This document shows, in pieces, positions 46,217-55,322 of a DNA stretch of 64,000 nucleotides. The position numbers were made by a program, and so were the translations under genes. Every line of letters begins with the position of its first letter. Position 1 is the stretch's first letter. The DNA comes from a bacterium (GTDB taxonomy: Bacteria; Bacillota; Clostridia; Christensenellales; Aristaeellaceae). The notes below the pieces were generated by a model that was not told where the DNA came from, did no database searches, and was given only the letters and a program-made list of their open reading frames with translations. The DNA is taken from the NCBI GenBank assembly GCA_963643985.1, contig CAVINP010000001.1:34-64033 (forward strand). The letters are read 5' to 3'.

Positions 46217-47611
46217 ATGGAACAGGGTAATCAGTTTCTCGGAACGGAACGAATCGGAAAGCTCATGCGGCGCTACGCCATCCCCTGCATTATTTCGCTG
46301 CTCGTGGGTGCGCTCTACAACATCGTTGACCAGATCTTCATCGCCAATGCGAGCTATCTGGGCTCCTACGGCAACGCGGCCAACACGGTCGTGTTTCCGC
46401 TGACGGTGATCGCGCTGGCCTTTGCGGTCTTCATCGGTGACGGCTGCTGCGCCTTTGTCAGCATTGCGCTGGGCAGGGGAAACAGCGAGGATGCGCACAG
46501 ATCCGTCGGCAACGCCATAGCACTGTGCATCGTCTGCAGTGTAATTTTAACCGCCGTCTATCTGATCTTCAGTGAGCCGATCCTGGCACTCTTCGGCGGA
46601 AACGTCAATGCCGAAACGCACGCCTTTGCAAAGGAATACTTCTTCTACATCGCCCTGGGCATACCGTTTTACATGTTCGGTCAGGCCATGAACCCGATCA
46701 TCCGCAGCGACGGCAGCCCGAGATACGCGATGGTGGCAACCGTGCTCGGCGCCGTGGCCAACATCATACTGGATCCGCTGTTCATATACGGCTTTCATTG
46801 GGGCATGATGGGCGCTGCGGTGGCCACGGTGATCGGTCAGGTGCTCACGGCTCTGCTCTCGCTGATCTACCTGCTGCACATGAAGGTTGTCAAACTCAAT
46901 CGCACAAGTTTTCGCCCGGACGGACGGCTGATGCGCAGCTTCCTCGTGCTGGGCCTGACCAGCTTTCTGGCGCAGGTCTCCCTGGTCATCTCCATGGCGG
47001 CCGTGCAGAACATGTGCATCAAGTATGGCGCACGGGATGAAATCTTCGGGCAGGCCGAGTATGCGCAGATTCCGCTGGCAGTGCTCGGCATTGTGATGAA
47101 GTTCTTCCAGATCGCCATATCCATTGCCATCGGTATGGCGGCAGGGTGCATCCCCGTTGCCGGCTACAACATCGGTGCGGGCAGGACGGATCGCGCCAAG
47201 GGGCTGTTTACGCGCCTGCTGGCAAGCGAATTTGCCGTGGGACTGGTTGCGCTGGCGATCGTCGAGATCTTCCCGCTGCAGATTTCCATGCTCTTCGGCG
47301 CGGCCAACGAGAGCGCGTACTATGCCGATTTCACGGTCAGGTGCTTCAGAACCTATCTGTGCCTGATGCCGCTGGCCACGCTGAACAAGGGAACTTTCAT
47401 CTATCTTCAGGCGTTGGGCAAGGCACTGGCCTCCACCATAGTCTCCCTGACGCGCGAGATCATATTCGGTGTGTTTCTGCCGATAATCCTGCCGATTTTC
47501 TTTGGTCTTGACGGCATACTGTGGTCCTTCCCCGCCGCCGACCTGCTGACATGCGTGATCGCCGCGGTGTTCATACGACAGACCTATCGGGAGCTGTCTG
47601 TGACGCGGTAA
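46217..47611 (+). CDS. MATE-family efflux transporter
   Basis: 464 aa from MEQGNQFLGTERIGKLMRRYAIPCIISLLVGALYNIVDQIFI, typical of the MatE N-terminus. 12 TM helices. Confidence 0.85.
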   Translation: MEQGNQFLGTERIGKLMRRYAIPCIISLLVGALYNIVDQIFIANASYLGSYGNAANTVVFPLTVIALAFAVFIGDGCCAFVSIALGRGNSEDAHRSVGNAIALCIVCSVILTAVYLIFSEPILALFGGNVNAETHAFAKEYFFYIALGIPFYMFGQAMNPIIRSDGSPRYAMVATVLGAVANIILDPLFIYGFHWGMMGAAVATVIGQVLTALLSLIYLLHMKVVKLNRTSFRPDGRLMRSFLVLGLTSFLAQVSLVISMAAVQNMCIKYGARDEIFGQAEYAQIPLAVLGIVMKFFQIAISIAIGMAAGCIPVAGYNIGAGRTDRAKGLFTRLLASEFAVGLVALAIVEIFPLQISMLFGAANESAYYADFTVRCFRTYLCLMPLATLNKGTFIYLQALGKALASTIVSLTREIIFGVFLPIILPIFFGLDGILWSFPAADLLTCVIAAVFIRQTYRELSVTR

Positions 47612-47619
47612 GCATCAAA

Positions 47620-47652
47620 AAAGATCCATCGAGGGTGATTCGGTGGATCTTT
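47620..47652. terminator. Bidirectional terminator between convergent genes
   Basis: AAAGATCCATCG (47620-47631) pairs with CGGTGGATCTTT (47641-47652). The 12-bp stem includes one G-U pair, and A/T runs form part of the stem. Confidence 0.6.
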
Positions 47653-47661
47653 CCTATTATA

Positions 47662-48633
47662 CTATACACGTACATCTGCTCTGAGGCCCAGCGCAGCGGG
47701 GACTTCGTCGGGCATGATGCGCACGCTGTAGCCGTCATCATCGGCCACGGCGGAAATCTCTGTGATCGTGCCGCCCACGACCTGTTCATCCGCATCCGAG
47801 GCGTAGACGATCTCCACGCGGTCACCCGCCTGCAGCGTCGCCGCAACGCTCTCTTCCACGCTGATCTGCACGCATATGCCGTCCGTCGGTGCGACGGTCA
47901 TGAGCACGTCACCCGCCCGCACCTGCTGTCCGCTCTCGACGTTCACGCTCAGCACGATGCCGTCCGCGTCAGACGTGATCTCGGCGCCACCCTCGGGAGC
48001 AACTTCGCAGAGCAGTTCGCCGCGCTGCACATATTCGCCGTCCGTCACGCACATCCTGACAACGTTGCCGCTGATATCGTAGGTCTCCGGATCGGTCGAT
48101 ACCACCGTACCGATGCCCACGCAGCCGTCATAGTCAAAGTCCGCACTGCGGTAGAGATACACGGTCTCGCCGATGTAGAGCTCGCCACCCGTGGTCTCCA
48201 CGCGGTACTCCTCGCCGTCGATCAGCGTCACGCGGCCCTCGGCCCAGTGCGTGCCGTTGGCGGTGCATTTCATGTATACCGTTTCGCCGGAGTGCACCAG
48301 CATGGTCTCCGGCACGGCCCGCGCCTCACTGACGGTGCAGTACACGTAGTACTTTGACAGTGGCGCAAGGGTGATCGATGATTCATCATCGCTGATCTCG
48401 GCGATCGTGCCCTCCTGCGTGGCAAAGACTTTCTGTGTTCTGAGCGTCACGGCCGTCCCGCCATCGGTGATGATCCCGCCCGCCGATACGCAGACCTCGT
48501 CTATGGTGCTCTCGGATCTTGCCGTGACCGCGATCGTCTCGCTTGCCACGGTCACGCCCGAGTAGACCTCCGCCAGAGCCGGCAGCGCCGCAAGCAGCAG
48601 CGTCAGGCTCAGCAGCAATATCCTCTTTCGCAT
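47662..48633 (-). CDS. Secreted HlyD/MFP-like barrel-sandwich protein (paralogue of 49884-50975)
   Basis: Signal peptide LLLAALPALA|E. Lipoyl-like segments (ADGIVLSVNVESGQQVRAGDVLMTV). Shared block VHSGETVYMKC...THW..G.VTLIDGEEY.V...GETVYLYR. Confidence 0.6.
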   Translation of the reverse strand: MRKRILLLSLTLLLAALPALAEVYSGVTVASETIAVTARSESTIDEVCVSAGGIITDGGTAVTLRTQKVFATQEGTIAEISDDESSITLAPLSKYYVYCTVSEARAVPETMLVHSGETVYMKCTANGTHWAEGRVTLIDGEEYRVETTGGELYIGETVYLYRSADFDYDGCVGIGTVVSTDPETYDISGNVVRMCVTDGEYVQRGELLCEVAPEGGAEITSDADGIVLSVNVESGQQVRAGDVLMTVAPTDGICVQISVEESVAATLQAGDRVEIVYASDADEQVVGGTITEISAVADDDGYSVRIMPDEVPAALGLRADVRV

Positions 48634-48645
48634 AATACTTTTCCT

Positions 48646-49830
48646 TTATGATGCGGCACCCAGCGTGCCGTCCGCATTGAGCAGATATGCAGTCCCGTCA
48701 ATTTCGACCATGATGCCCTCGGCCGTGACCGTCAGAACGCAGTCCTTGCCGACATAGCCGGCCGAGCGCAGCTGTCCCCAGACCGTACCGAAGAGTTCAA
48801 GTGCGGTATCGATTGTCGTGCTGCTGCCGTCCGCAAAGTTCAGGCAGAGCGTGTCGATGCCGCTGCGCTCCAGGCCTTCCAGCATCAGCAGACTCAGCTG
48901 CCATGCCTCGCCCGATGTCTCGGGCTGCAGGGTAAGCGTCGTGTCCTCGGTCTGAACGGTGAAAGTCGCGCCGTCATCGAGGGTGAGCGTTTCGCCGCTG
49001 TCGTATTGCGTGATGGCGCTGACGGCCTCGCCGGTGCCGGCAATGTCTGCCGCTGCGAAGGCCGTGAGCGTCTTGTTGCCGCCGGCGTGGGTGTCGGTGA
49101 GTGCCGCGCCGGGCGTCACGTGAAAGCCCTGCTCCTGCTCAGCCATGTCTCCCATTCCCCCGCCGCCGCTCGGGAAACCCCCGCCCGAGAAGCCGCCCGG
49201 GAAACCGCCGCCGCCTGCGACTATTTGGAAATTCAGGCTGCCCCAGACGGCCGTGCCGTCCTGCCCGACCGCGCCCACGTACAGCACATGCCGGTCCGTG
49301 CAGTTGGCGGCGGCCAGAGAGAGGGAAGATGCCTGAATGATGTTGTCGGATACGAGTGTCGAATCCACATAGACCACAAAGCCCGTATTTTCAACGTTCG
49401 CCGTCCAGGAGAAGTTCAGGGACGCATCGGGTGCGTTCAGCATCACCGTCCAAACACCGTTCATCTCCTGCGCACCCTCCAGGCGGATGTCGATGGCCCC
49501 TGCGGTGACGCTGTCCGGCGTGGGCAGGTCGGCAGCCGGAGTCGGCTCGGGTGTGGCACTCGCCTCGGGCGTGGCACTTGCCTCGGGCGTGGCCTCTGGG
49601 CTTGCACTCGCCTCGGGTTCGGATGAAGCCTCTGCGCCCGGCTCGGGCGTGGCACTCGCTTCGGGTGTGGCCGTTGCCGTCGGTTCGGGCGTGGCGGTCG
49701 GCTCGGGCGTGGCCTTGGCCTCCTGCGTCGCTTCGGCCGTCGGCGTTTCCTCCGACTCCGCCCAGGCCATGACGGCCGTCAGGCAAAGTATCAGCGCCAA
49801 TATCAGTGCCAAATATTTTTTCATGTACAA
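48646..49830 (-). CDS. Secreted Pro/Thr/Glu/Ala-rich protein with an internal Gly-rich segment
   Basis: Signal peptide ...LTAVMAWA|E. (A/E)(S/T)ATPEP repeats. GGGGFPGGFSGGGFPSGGGGMGDM. I recognise no family. Confidence 0.6.
   Translation of the reverse strand: MYMKKYLALILALILCLTAVMAWAESEETPTAEATQEAKATPEPTATPEPTATATPEASATPEPGAEASSEPEASASPEATPEASATPEASATPEPTPAADLPTPDSVTAGAIDIRLEGAQEMNGVWTVMLNAPDASLNFSWTANVENTGFVVYVDSTLVSDNIIQASSLSLAAANCTDRHVLYVGAVGQDGTAVWGSLNFQIVAGGGGFPGGFSGGGFPSGGGGMGDMAEQEQGFHVTPGAALTDTHAGGNKTLTAFAAADIAGTGEAVSAITQYDSGETLTLDDGATFTVQTEDTTLTLQPETSGEAWQLSLLMLEGLERSGIDTLCLNFADGSSTTIDTALELFGTVWGQLRSAGYVGKDCVLTVTAEGIMVEIDGTAYLLNADGTLGAAS
49541..49720. repeat. Imperfect tandem repeats inside the coding sequence (encode the ATPEP/EASATPE low-complexity region)
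   Basis: Reiterated CTCGGGCGTGGCAC[TC]..GCCTCGGG units on the plus strand. Confidence 0.7.
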
Positions 49831-49883
49831 GCCTCCTTTGGCGGCCGGAGATGCCGGTTACCGGTTACAGGTCTAATCACTAA

Positions 49884-50975
49884 TCAGTCGTCTCCCGTCG
49901 ATACGACCGCGCTCATGCCGTAGCGCGTGTTCTCATCGGGCGTGAAGTCAACGTAGACGGTGTAGGTGGTATCGCTCTCGGAATCGGCCTCGGCCGTCTG
50001 CTGCGCCTCATCGGCGACGGCAGAGATCATCGAGATCGTGCCCTCGTAGCTGACGCCGCTGTCCTGATTCCAGAGCAGTTCAACCGTCACCGTGTCGCCC
50101 ACGTGCACGCTCTCCAGATCGTATTCGGAGACGCTTGCCTCGACGCGCATTTCGCTGTCGGGATAGATCACGGCGGCCACGCTGCCCTTTTCGACGGCAG
50201 CGCCCTGCTCCAAGTTGATCTTGGCGATCGTGCCGCTCACATCGGAAATGATGCTCGTGCCGGACATGTACAGGCCGTCAAAGTCTCCGCTGAGGGTGGT
50301 CAGCAGCAGGTCGCCCTTCCTGACGGTGTCGCCGTCCTGCACGGCAATGGAGACGATGCTGCCCTGCGCGGTCACGGCCGTCGGGCTCTTGCGGTTGAGC
50401 GTGCCGCGGCCGATGCGGTTGGCGGTCACGGCGCTGTCGCCGCGGTAGACGGTGACCGTCTCGCCGACCAGGAAACTGCCGCTCGTCACGTCCACATTGT
50501 AGTCCGTGCCCTCGATGCTCGTAATGATGCCCGTACCGGTGTGCGTGGAATCGGAATAGCAGGAGAGGTAGACCGTCTCGCCCACGTGCACGAACTTGGT
50601 CTCGGTGGTGTTGTAGGCGTTGTCCGTCGAGGCGGAGATGGAATACACACTCTCGCCCTCGATGTACATCAGTGCGCCGTACTTGTCGGATACGGTCTCG
50701 GCGTTGTCACCGGGCCGGGCAAAGATGCCGGTTATCGTGCCGTCCTCCTCGGCGTACACGCTCTCAACCTTCAGTTGGGCGATGTCGTCGCCGACGGAAA
50801 CATGATCGCCGACATTGACGGTGATCTGCTCGACCTGCCCACCGATGGGCGCGTAGACCTGTACGCTGCGGCTTGCGGTCACGGTGCCGGAAAAAGATGC
50901 GGCGCAGGCGATGCTCAGCGGCAGGGCAGCACCGATAGCCACGAGCGAGGCCAGTATGCGGCTTGCGTTTTTCAT
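49884..50975 (-). CDS. Secreted or lipid-anchored HlyD/MFP-like barrel-sandwich protein (paralogue of 47662-48633)
   Basis: Signal peptide ...ALPLSIAC. Lipoyl-like VYAPIGGQVEQITVNVGDHVSVGDDIAQL and GSIVSIAVQDGDTVRKGDLLL. Block VHVGETVYLSC...THT..G.ITSIEGTDY.V...GETVTVYR. Confidence 0.6.
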   Translation of the reverse strand: MKNASRILASLVAIGAALPLSIACAASFSGTVTASRSVQVYAPIGGQVEQITVNVGDHVSVGDDIAQLKVESVYAEEDGTITGIFARPGDNAETVSDKYGALMYIEGESVYSISASTDNAYNTTETKFVHVGETVYLSCYSDSTHTGTGIITSIEGTDYNVDVTSGSFLVGETVTVYRGDSAVTANRIGRGTLNRKSPTAVTAQGSIVSIAVQDGDTVRKGDLLLTTLSGDFDGLYMSGTSIISDVSGTIAKINLEQGAAVEKGSVAAVIYPDSEMRVEASVSEYDLESVHVGDTVTVELLWNQDSGVSYEGTISMISAVADEAQQTAEADSESDTTYTVYVDFTPDENTRYGMSAVVSTGDD

Positions 50976-50998
50976 GGGATGTCCTCCTTTTTTATTCC

Positions 50999-52210
50999 TT
51001 ACAGTGATCTCAGCGCGTCGATCGGGTTGAGCTTGCTGGCGCGGCGGGCCGGTGCCCAGCCGAAGATCACGCCGACGGCGGCGGAGAAGCCCGCACCCAG
51101 TATGATCGCGCCCACGGAGATGGTGAATGTCGTACTCATGGCCTGGCAGAGCGCAAAGGAGAGTATGATGCCCAGCACCACGCCCGCCACGCCGCCGATC
51201 ATCGACAGCAGGAACGACTCGATCAGAAACTGCAACTGTATGTGCCAGGGCAGTGCGCCCAGCGCCTTCTTCAGGCCGATCTCGCTCGTGCGCTCGGTCA
51301 CGGAGGTCAGCATCATATTCATGATGCCGATGCCGCCCACAACCAGTGCGATCGATGCAATGCCCGCCAGCAGTGCCGTCATCATCGAGAGCATCTCTTC
51401 CATGGTATCCTCGATGCCGGACATGGTCGTCACCTCAAAGCAGTCATCCTCATAGGAGAACATGGCATCCATCGTGTTTTCGATGGCCGTGGCCGCGCTG
51501 TCGGAATCCACGCCGTCCGCCAGATAGACCGTGAAGTTGGTGACCACGTTTTCGTTGTTCATCTTCATGGCGGTGGTGTAGGGGATGAGTATGTCTGCGC
51601 TGCCGGAGATCATGCTGGCGATGGACTCGGTCGCGTCGTCGTCCAGTATGCCGGCCACAAGGAAGGGAATGCCCTCTATGTAGAGGTTCTCACCGACGGG
51701 GTCGATGCCGTAGAAGAAGGTATCGACCATGTCTTGGGAAATCCAGCAGACGAAGGTCATGTTGTCTTCATCGAGGGTGTTCATCAATCGTCCGCGCTTG
51801 AGCAGATCCTCGGTGCTCCTGAAATAGTAGGCATTCTTGCCGGAGACGGAAACGCCCGTCTCGTAGCTGCCGCCGCGGGAGACGCGGGCCGAGAGCGATA
51901 CGCCCGGGGACACGCCGTCCACCTCGTCCATGGCGGTAATTTCCGCCAGATCATCCGTGGTCAGGCCCGATTTGAGGTCGCTGCCCGTGACCATGACCGT
52001 CAGCGTGCCCGCACCCAGCGACGAAAACGAGGAGGAGAGCGAGCCGGACACGGCCGACACAGTGGTGATCAGCGCGATCACGGCGCAGACGCCGATGAGT
52101 ATGCCCAGCGCCGTCAGGAAGGAGCGCATGCGGTTGGATACGATGTTGTTCAGCGACATCGCGAAGCATTCCTTGAGCATGATGAGGTTGCTCCTGAACT
52201 TCTTAAGCAT
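50999..52210 (-). CDS. ABC transporter permease, MacB/FtsX type (4 TM helices plus a large extracytoplasmic domain)
   Basis: N-terminal TM helix, an extracytoplasmic domain of about 220 aa, and a C-terminal FtsX-like 3-TM bundle ending ...AARRASKLNPIDALRSL. Confidence 0.85.
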   Translation of the reverse strand: MLKKFRSNLIMLKECFAMSLNNIVSNRMRSFLTALGILIGVCAVIALITTVSAVSGSLSSSFSSLGAGTLTVMVTGSDLKSGLTTDDLAEITAMDEVDGVSPGVSLSARVSRGGSYETGVSVSGKNAYYFRSTEDLLKRGRLMNTLDEDNMTFVCWISQDMVDTFFYGIDPVGENLYIEGIPFLVAGILDDDATESIASMISGSADILIPYTTAMKMNNENVVTNFTVYLADGVDSDSAATAIENTMDAMFSYEDDCFEVTTMSGIEDTMEEMLSMMTALLAGIASIALVVGGIGIMNMMLTSVTERTSEIGLKKALGALPWHIQLQFLIESFLLSMIGGVAGVVLGIILSFALCQAMSTTFTISVGAIILGAGFSAAVGVIFGWAPARRASKLNPIDALRSL

Positions 52211-52901
52211 CGTTCGTCACGCCTCCCTCCGTCAGCTCGCCGTCGATGATGTGTACCACGCGGTGCGCGTACTTTGCAATGTTCGCGTCATGGGTGATCA
52301 TGATGATGGTGCGGCCCTCGGCACTCAGTTCGCCGAAGAGCGCCATCACCTGCCGGCCCGTCTTCTGATCCAGTGCGCCGGTCGGCTCGTCCGCCAGCAG
52401 CAGGCTGGGGTTGTTGATCATGGCGCGGGCAATGGCCACGCGCTGCTGCTGGCCGCCGGAGAGCTGGCTGGGCAGGTGGTGCAGCCGTTCCGACAGCCCC
52501 ACGCGCCCGAGCATTTCCTCGGCACGTCTGCGCCGCTCGCGCGGACCGACGCCCGCATAGATCAGCGGCAGTTCGACATTCTTCAGTGCCGTCAGGCGCG
52601 GCAGAAGCTGGCTGTTTTGAAATATGAAGCCGATTTCATGGCTGCGGATGCGTGCCAGCTCCGCCTCGCTCAGATCGTCGATCTCGCGCCCGTGCAGCAT
52701 ATATTCGCCGCTCGTAGCAATGTCCAGACAGCCGATGATGTTCATCAGCGTGGATTTGCCGCTGCCGGAGGGGCCGAGCACGGAGAGATATTCGCCCTTG
52801 TCCAGTTCCAGGCAGATGTTCTTGAGCACCGGCATTTCCTCATCGCCCAGATGATAGGACTTGCAGATATCGCGCATCCGGAAAAATCCGTTCTCGCTCA
52901 C
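52203..52901 (-). CDS. ABC transporter ATP-binding protein (MacB/LolD type)
   Basis: Walker [10 protein letters not shown], signature [14 protein letters not shown] and Walker [13 protein letters not shown]. Confidence 0.95.
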   Translation of the reverse strand: MSENGFFRMRDICKSYHLGDEEMPVLKNICLELDKGEYLSVLGPSGSGKSTLMNIIGCLDIATSGEYMLHGREIDDLSEAELARIRSHEIGFIFQNSQLLPRLTALKNVELPLIYAGVGPRERRRRAEEMLGRVGLSERLHHLPSQLSGGQQQRVAIARAMINNPSLLLADEPTGALDQKTGRQVMALFGELSAEGRTIIMITHDANIAKYAHRVVHIIDGELTEGGVTNDA

Positions 52902-53929
52902 TGCCGGCCACCGCCCATTCCGCCGGGTGCGCCACCGCCGCCACCGCCACCGAAGTCAGGCATGCTGCCGCTGTCAAAATTGCTGAAGTCGGGCATATCG
53001 CCGCCACCGCCGCCGGGTGCGTTGAACTCCTGAGAGCCGAACATGCCCGATACCAGTCCGCTCAGGCCGGTCGCCTGCGCCTCGGTTTCGCTCACGACAT
53101 AGACGGTATCGCCGTCGGAAAGGCCGCTCCTGATCTCGACGTAGTTGCCGTTGCTCACGCCGACCTCTACGCTGACCTGCTCCAGCTCGCCCGCATCGTT
53201 GTACATCAGCACGTAGGCCGAATTGTTATTGTCAAAGCTCAGTGCGTCCATCTTCAGTATGACCACATCGTTGGCCTCTTCCTGCACGATGGTGACGCTC
53301 GTCTGCATGCCCGGATACACGCCGTCGTCCACATCCACATAGACCGTGGCGGTGTAGTAGGCGACATTGCCGCCGGAGGCCGAAATATAGTCGATGGCCG
53401 AAATTTGCGAATCGTAGGACTTTTCAAGTGCCGTAACCGTCACCGTGCAGGCCTGACCGACCGCAACTTCGGAGATGTCATACTCGTCCACGCGGAAGCG
53501 CACGGACATGTGCGTGAAGTCCGCCACCTGCACCAGCATGTCGCCCGCATTGACCTCGTCACCCTCGGCGACCTCGAGCGCATTGACGCGGCCGTCAAAC
53601 TCGGCCTCGATCGTCTCGCCGTTGCTCATGCGCAGCAGCTTGTCGCCGTCCTTGACATCGTCGCCCACGGCCACGTAGACCTTGCGCACCGTGCCGGAGC
53701 CCGACGCGGAATAGCTCGCGCTGTCGATCAGGCTCAGGTTGCCGCTGAAGCTCAGCGAATTGGAAATGGAGCCGATGGATGCGGTGTAGGAATCGTACAC
53801 AGTGGTGTATTCCTGCTTGAGCATGCCGTAGCCGTACCAGAGTGCAGCCGCCAGCAGCAGCAGTACGATCAGCCAGATAATCAGTTTTTTGAAGCGCCGC
53901 TTGCGCGTCTTCTTGGGTGCCTTGTTCAT
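52898..53929 (-). CDS. HlyD-family membrane-fusion (periplasmic adaptor) protein with a Gly-rich C-terminal tail
   Basis: N-terminal TM anchor. Lipoyl halves GTVRKVYVAVGDDVKDGDKLL and GRVNALEVAEGDEVNAGDMLV with no long alpha-hairpin between them. Tail ...[39 protein letters not shown]. Confidence 0.8.
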   Translation of the reverse strand: MNKAPKKTRKRRFKKLIIWLIVLLLLAAALWYGYGMLKQEYTTVYDSYTASIGSISNSLSFSGNLSLIDSASYSASGSGTVRKVYVAVGDDVKDGDKLLRMSNGETIEAEFDGRVNALEVAEGDEVNAGDMLVQVADFTHMSVRFRVDEYDISEVAVGQACTVTVTALEKSYDSQISAIDYISASGGNVAYYTATVYVDVDDGVYPGMQTSVTIVQEEANDVVILKMDALSFDNNNSAYVLMYNDAGELEQVSVEVGVSNGNYVEIRSGLSDGDTVYVVSETEAQATGLSGLVSGMFGSQEFNAPGGGGGDMPDFSNFDSGSMPDFGGGGGGGAPGGMGGGRQ

Positions 53930-53963
53930 ATCAGATATTTGTCCTTTCCGGTGGATTGAGGAT

Positions 53964-53995
53964 ATTGTAGAGTGCCAACCTTAGTTCTTCCTTAG
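53964..53995 (-). promoter_or_regulatory. Promoter of the exporter genes with a direct-repeat response-regulator box
   Basis: Minus strand reads CTAAGG-aagaa-CTAAGG-ttggcactc-TACAAT. The half-sites sit 11 bp apart, and the second is in -35 position. Confidence 0.6.
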
Positions 53996-54116
53996 AAAAC
54001 GGTATCGGAAATTGAAACAAAGTGTGAATAGTGACCGGTGAAATTGTACGGGTTGGTGTGTTGGCGTCAAACCAAACCGTATCCCTCACCATTCATCTGA
54101 TCACTATCCGCTGTTC

Positions 54117-55322
54117 TCAGCGCGGGAGTTCGGCAGTGAAGCACACACCGTCCTGCAGATAGTTCGCCGTGACCGTGCCGCCGTACATTTCGGCCACCGC
54201 ACGCGCCGCCGACAGGCCGATGCCGTAGCCGCCGGCCTGCGTGTGGGCGGCATCGCCGCGGTAGAAGCGGTCAAAGAGGGCCTCGGGCGGACAGTCCGGC
54301 AGCGCGGCCACGCTGTTTTCGATCGACAGCAGCGCACGCCTGCGCTTTGTTTCAAGGCGGATATCGATCCGTCCGCCCTCGGGCGTGTACTGCACGGCGT
54401 TATCCAGAAGCGCGTGCAGCAGCTGCGCCAGATATTCGCGGTTGGCGCGCACGCGCACACCCGCCGTCAGGCTCTGCGTAAGCGTGATCTTTTTTTCATC
54501 CACCATTTCGCGGTAGGTCTCCGCCTCGGATGTGAGCATCGATGTCAGATCCAGCAGCTCCGCGGGCTGTCTCAGGCTGCCCTCGTCCGCGCGGGCAATG
54601 AAGAGCAGCCGCTGCAGCAGTGCGCTTAAGCGATCCACCTGGCCGCGTATGTTCCTGCTCCACTTGTTCTCGCCGCGTATGAGCTCCATCGCGTCCAGAT
54701 TGGAGAGTATGACGGCCACGGGCGTCTTGATCTCATGTCCCGCATTGGTGATGAACTGTTTCTGCTTTTCGATGTTCGCCGCATAGGACTTGACCATGCG
54801 CGAGGACACCGGCAGCAGTATCAGGAACATGCCGCCCAGGCAGATCAGCCCCAGCAGCACCGCCGAGCGGAAGCTGTCCAGGAGCATGAACATCTGTCCG
54901 CCCACGTCCATGAGCACCAGGCGATCCCCCTGCAGTTCAAAGCGGTACTGATCGATGTGGCCGCTCGTTTTGCCCGTTGCCAGCACGCGCCCCGCCAGCG
55001 TCTGTGCCGTATCCTCGTCTGCATCCCAGATGCCCTTTTCGTCGAGCACCCGTGCCGTGCCGTCGTCGTCTGTTTCCACGAGGTAATAGCCCAGACGCAT
55101 GTCGAACCCTGTCCCCCAGATCAGGCCGAAGAGTGAGGACTCCGGCTGTTTGCCGGTCTGCGCTTCGTCGCCGCCCTCAAATATCGCTTCGATACGTTCG
55201 TTTACGCCCCGCCGAAACTGTATCAGGCTGGCCGCCGTGCTGCCGCAGATGATCAGCGCGATCAGTATAACCAGCGCCAGCATTGCGCCGCGTATGAAGC
55301 GCCGCCTCAGTGCGCGTATCAC
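54117..55322 (-). CDS. Sensor histidine kinase with an extracytoplasmic loop (HisKA + HATPase_c)
   Basis: Two TM helices flank a loop of about 130 aa. H-box NAGHEIKTPV, N-box ALLDNAVQYT and G-box GGYGIGLS. Confidence 0.9.
   Translation of the reverse strand: MIRALRRRFIRGAMLALVILIALIICGSTAASLIQFRRGVNERIEAIFEGGDEAQTGKQPESSLFGLIWGTGFDMRLGYYLVETDDDGTARVLDEKGIWDADEDTAQTLAGRVLATGKTSGHIDQYRFELQGDRLVLMDVGGQMFMLLDSFRSAVLLGLICLGGMFLILLPVSSRMVKSYAANIEKQKQFITNAGHEIKTPVAVILSNLDAMELIRGENKWSRNIRGQVDRLSALLQRLLFIARADEGSLRQPAELLDLTSMLTSEAETYREMVDEKKITLTQSLTAGVRVRANREYLAQLLHALLDNAVQYTPEGGRIDIRLETKRRRALLSIENSVAALPDCPPEALFDRFYRGDAAHTQAGGYGIGLSAARAVAEMYGGTVTANYLQDGVCFTAELPR

Noticed and set aside
49541-49720. Tandem repeats here and at about 56421-56540 as a possible CRISPR array or VNTR locus
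   Set aside because: The repeats are imperfect and contiguous with no unique spacers. They lie in frame within coding sequence and encode Pro/Thr/Glu-rich or acidic low-complexity protein segments. No cas genes are present.
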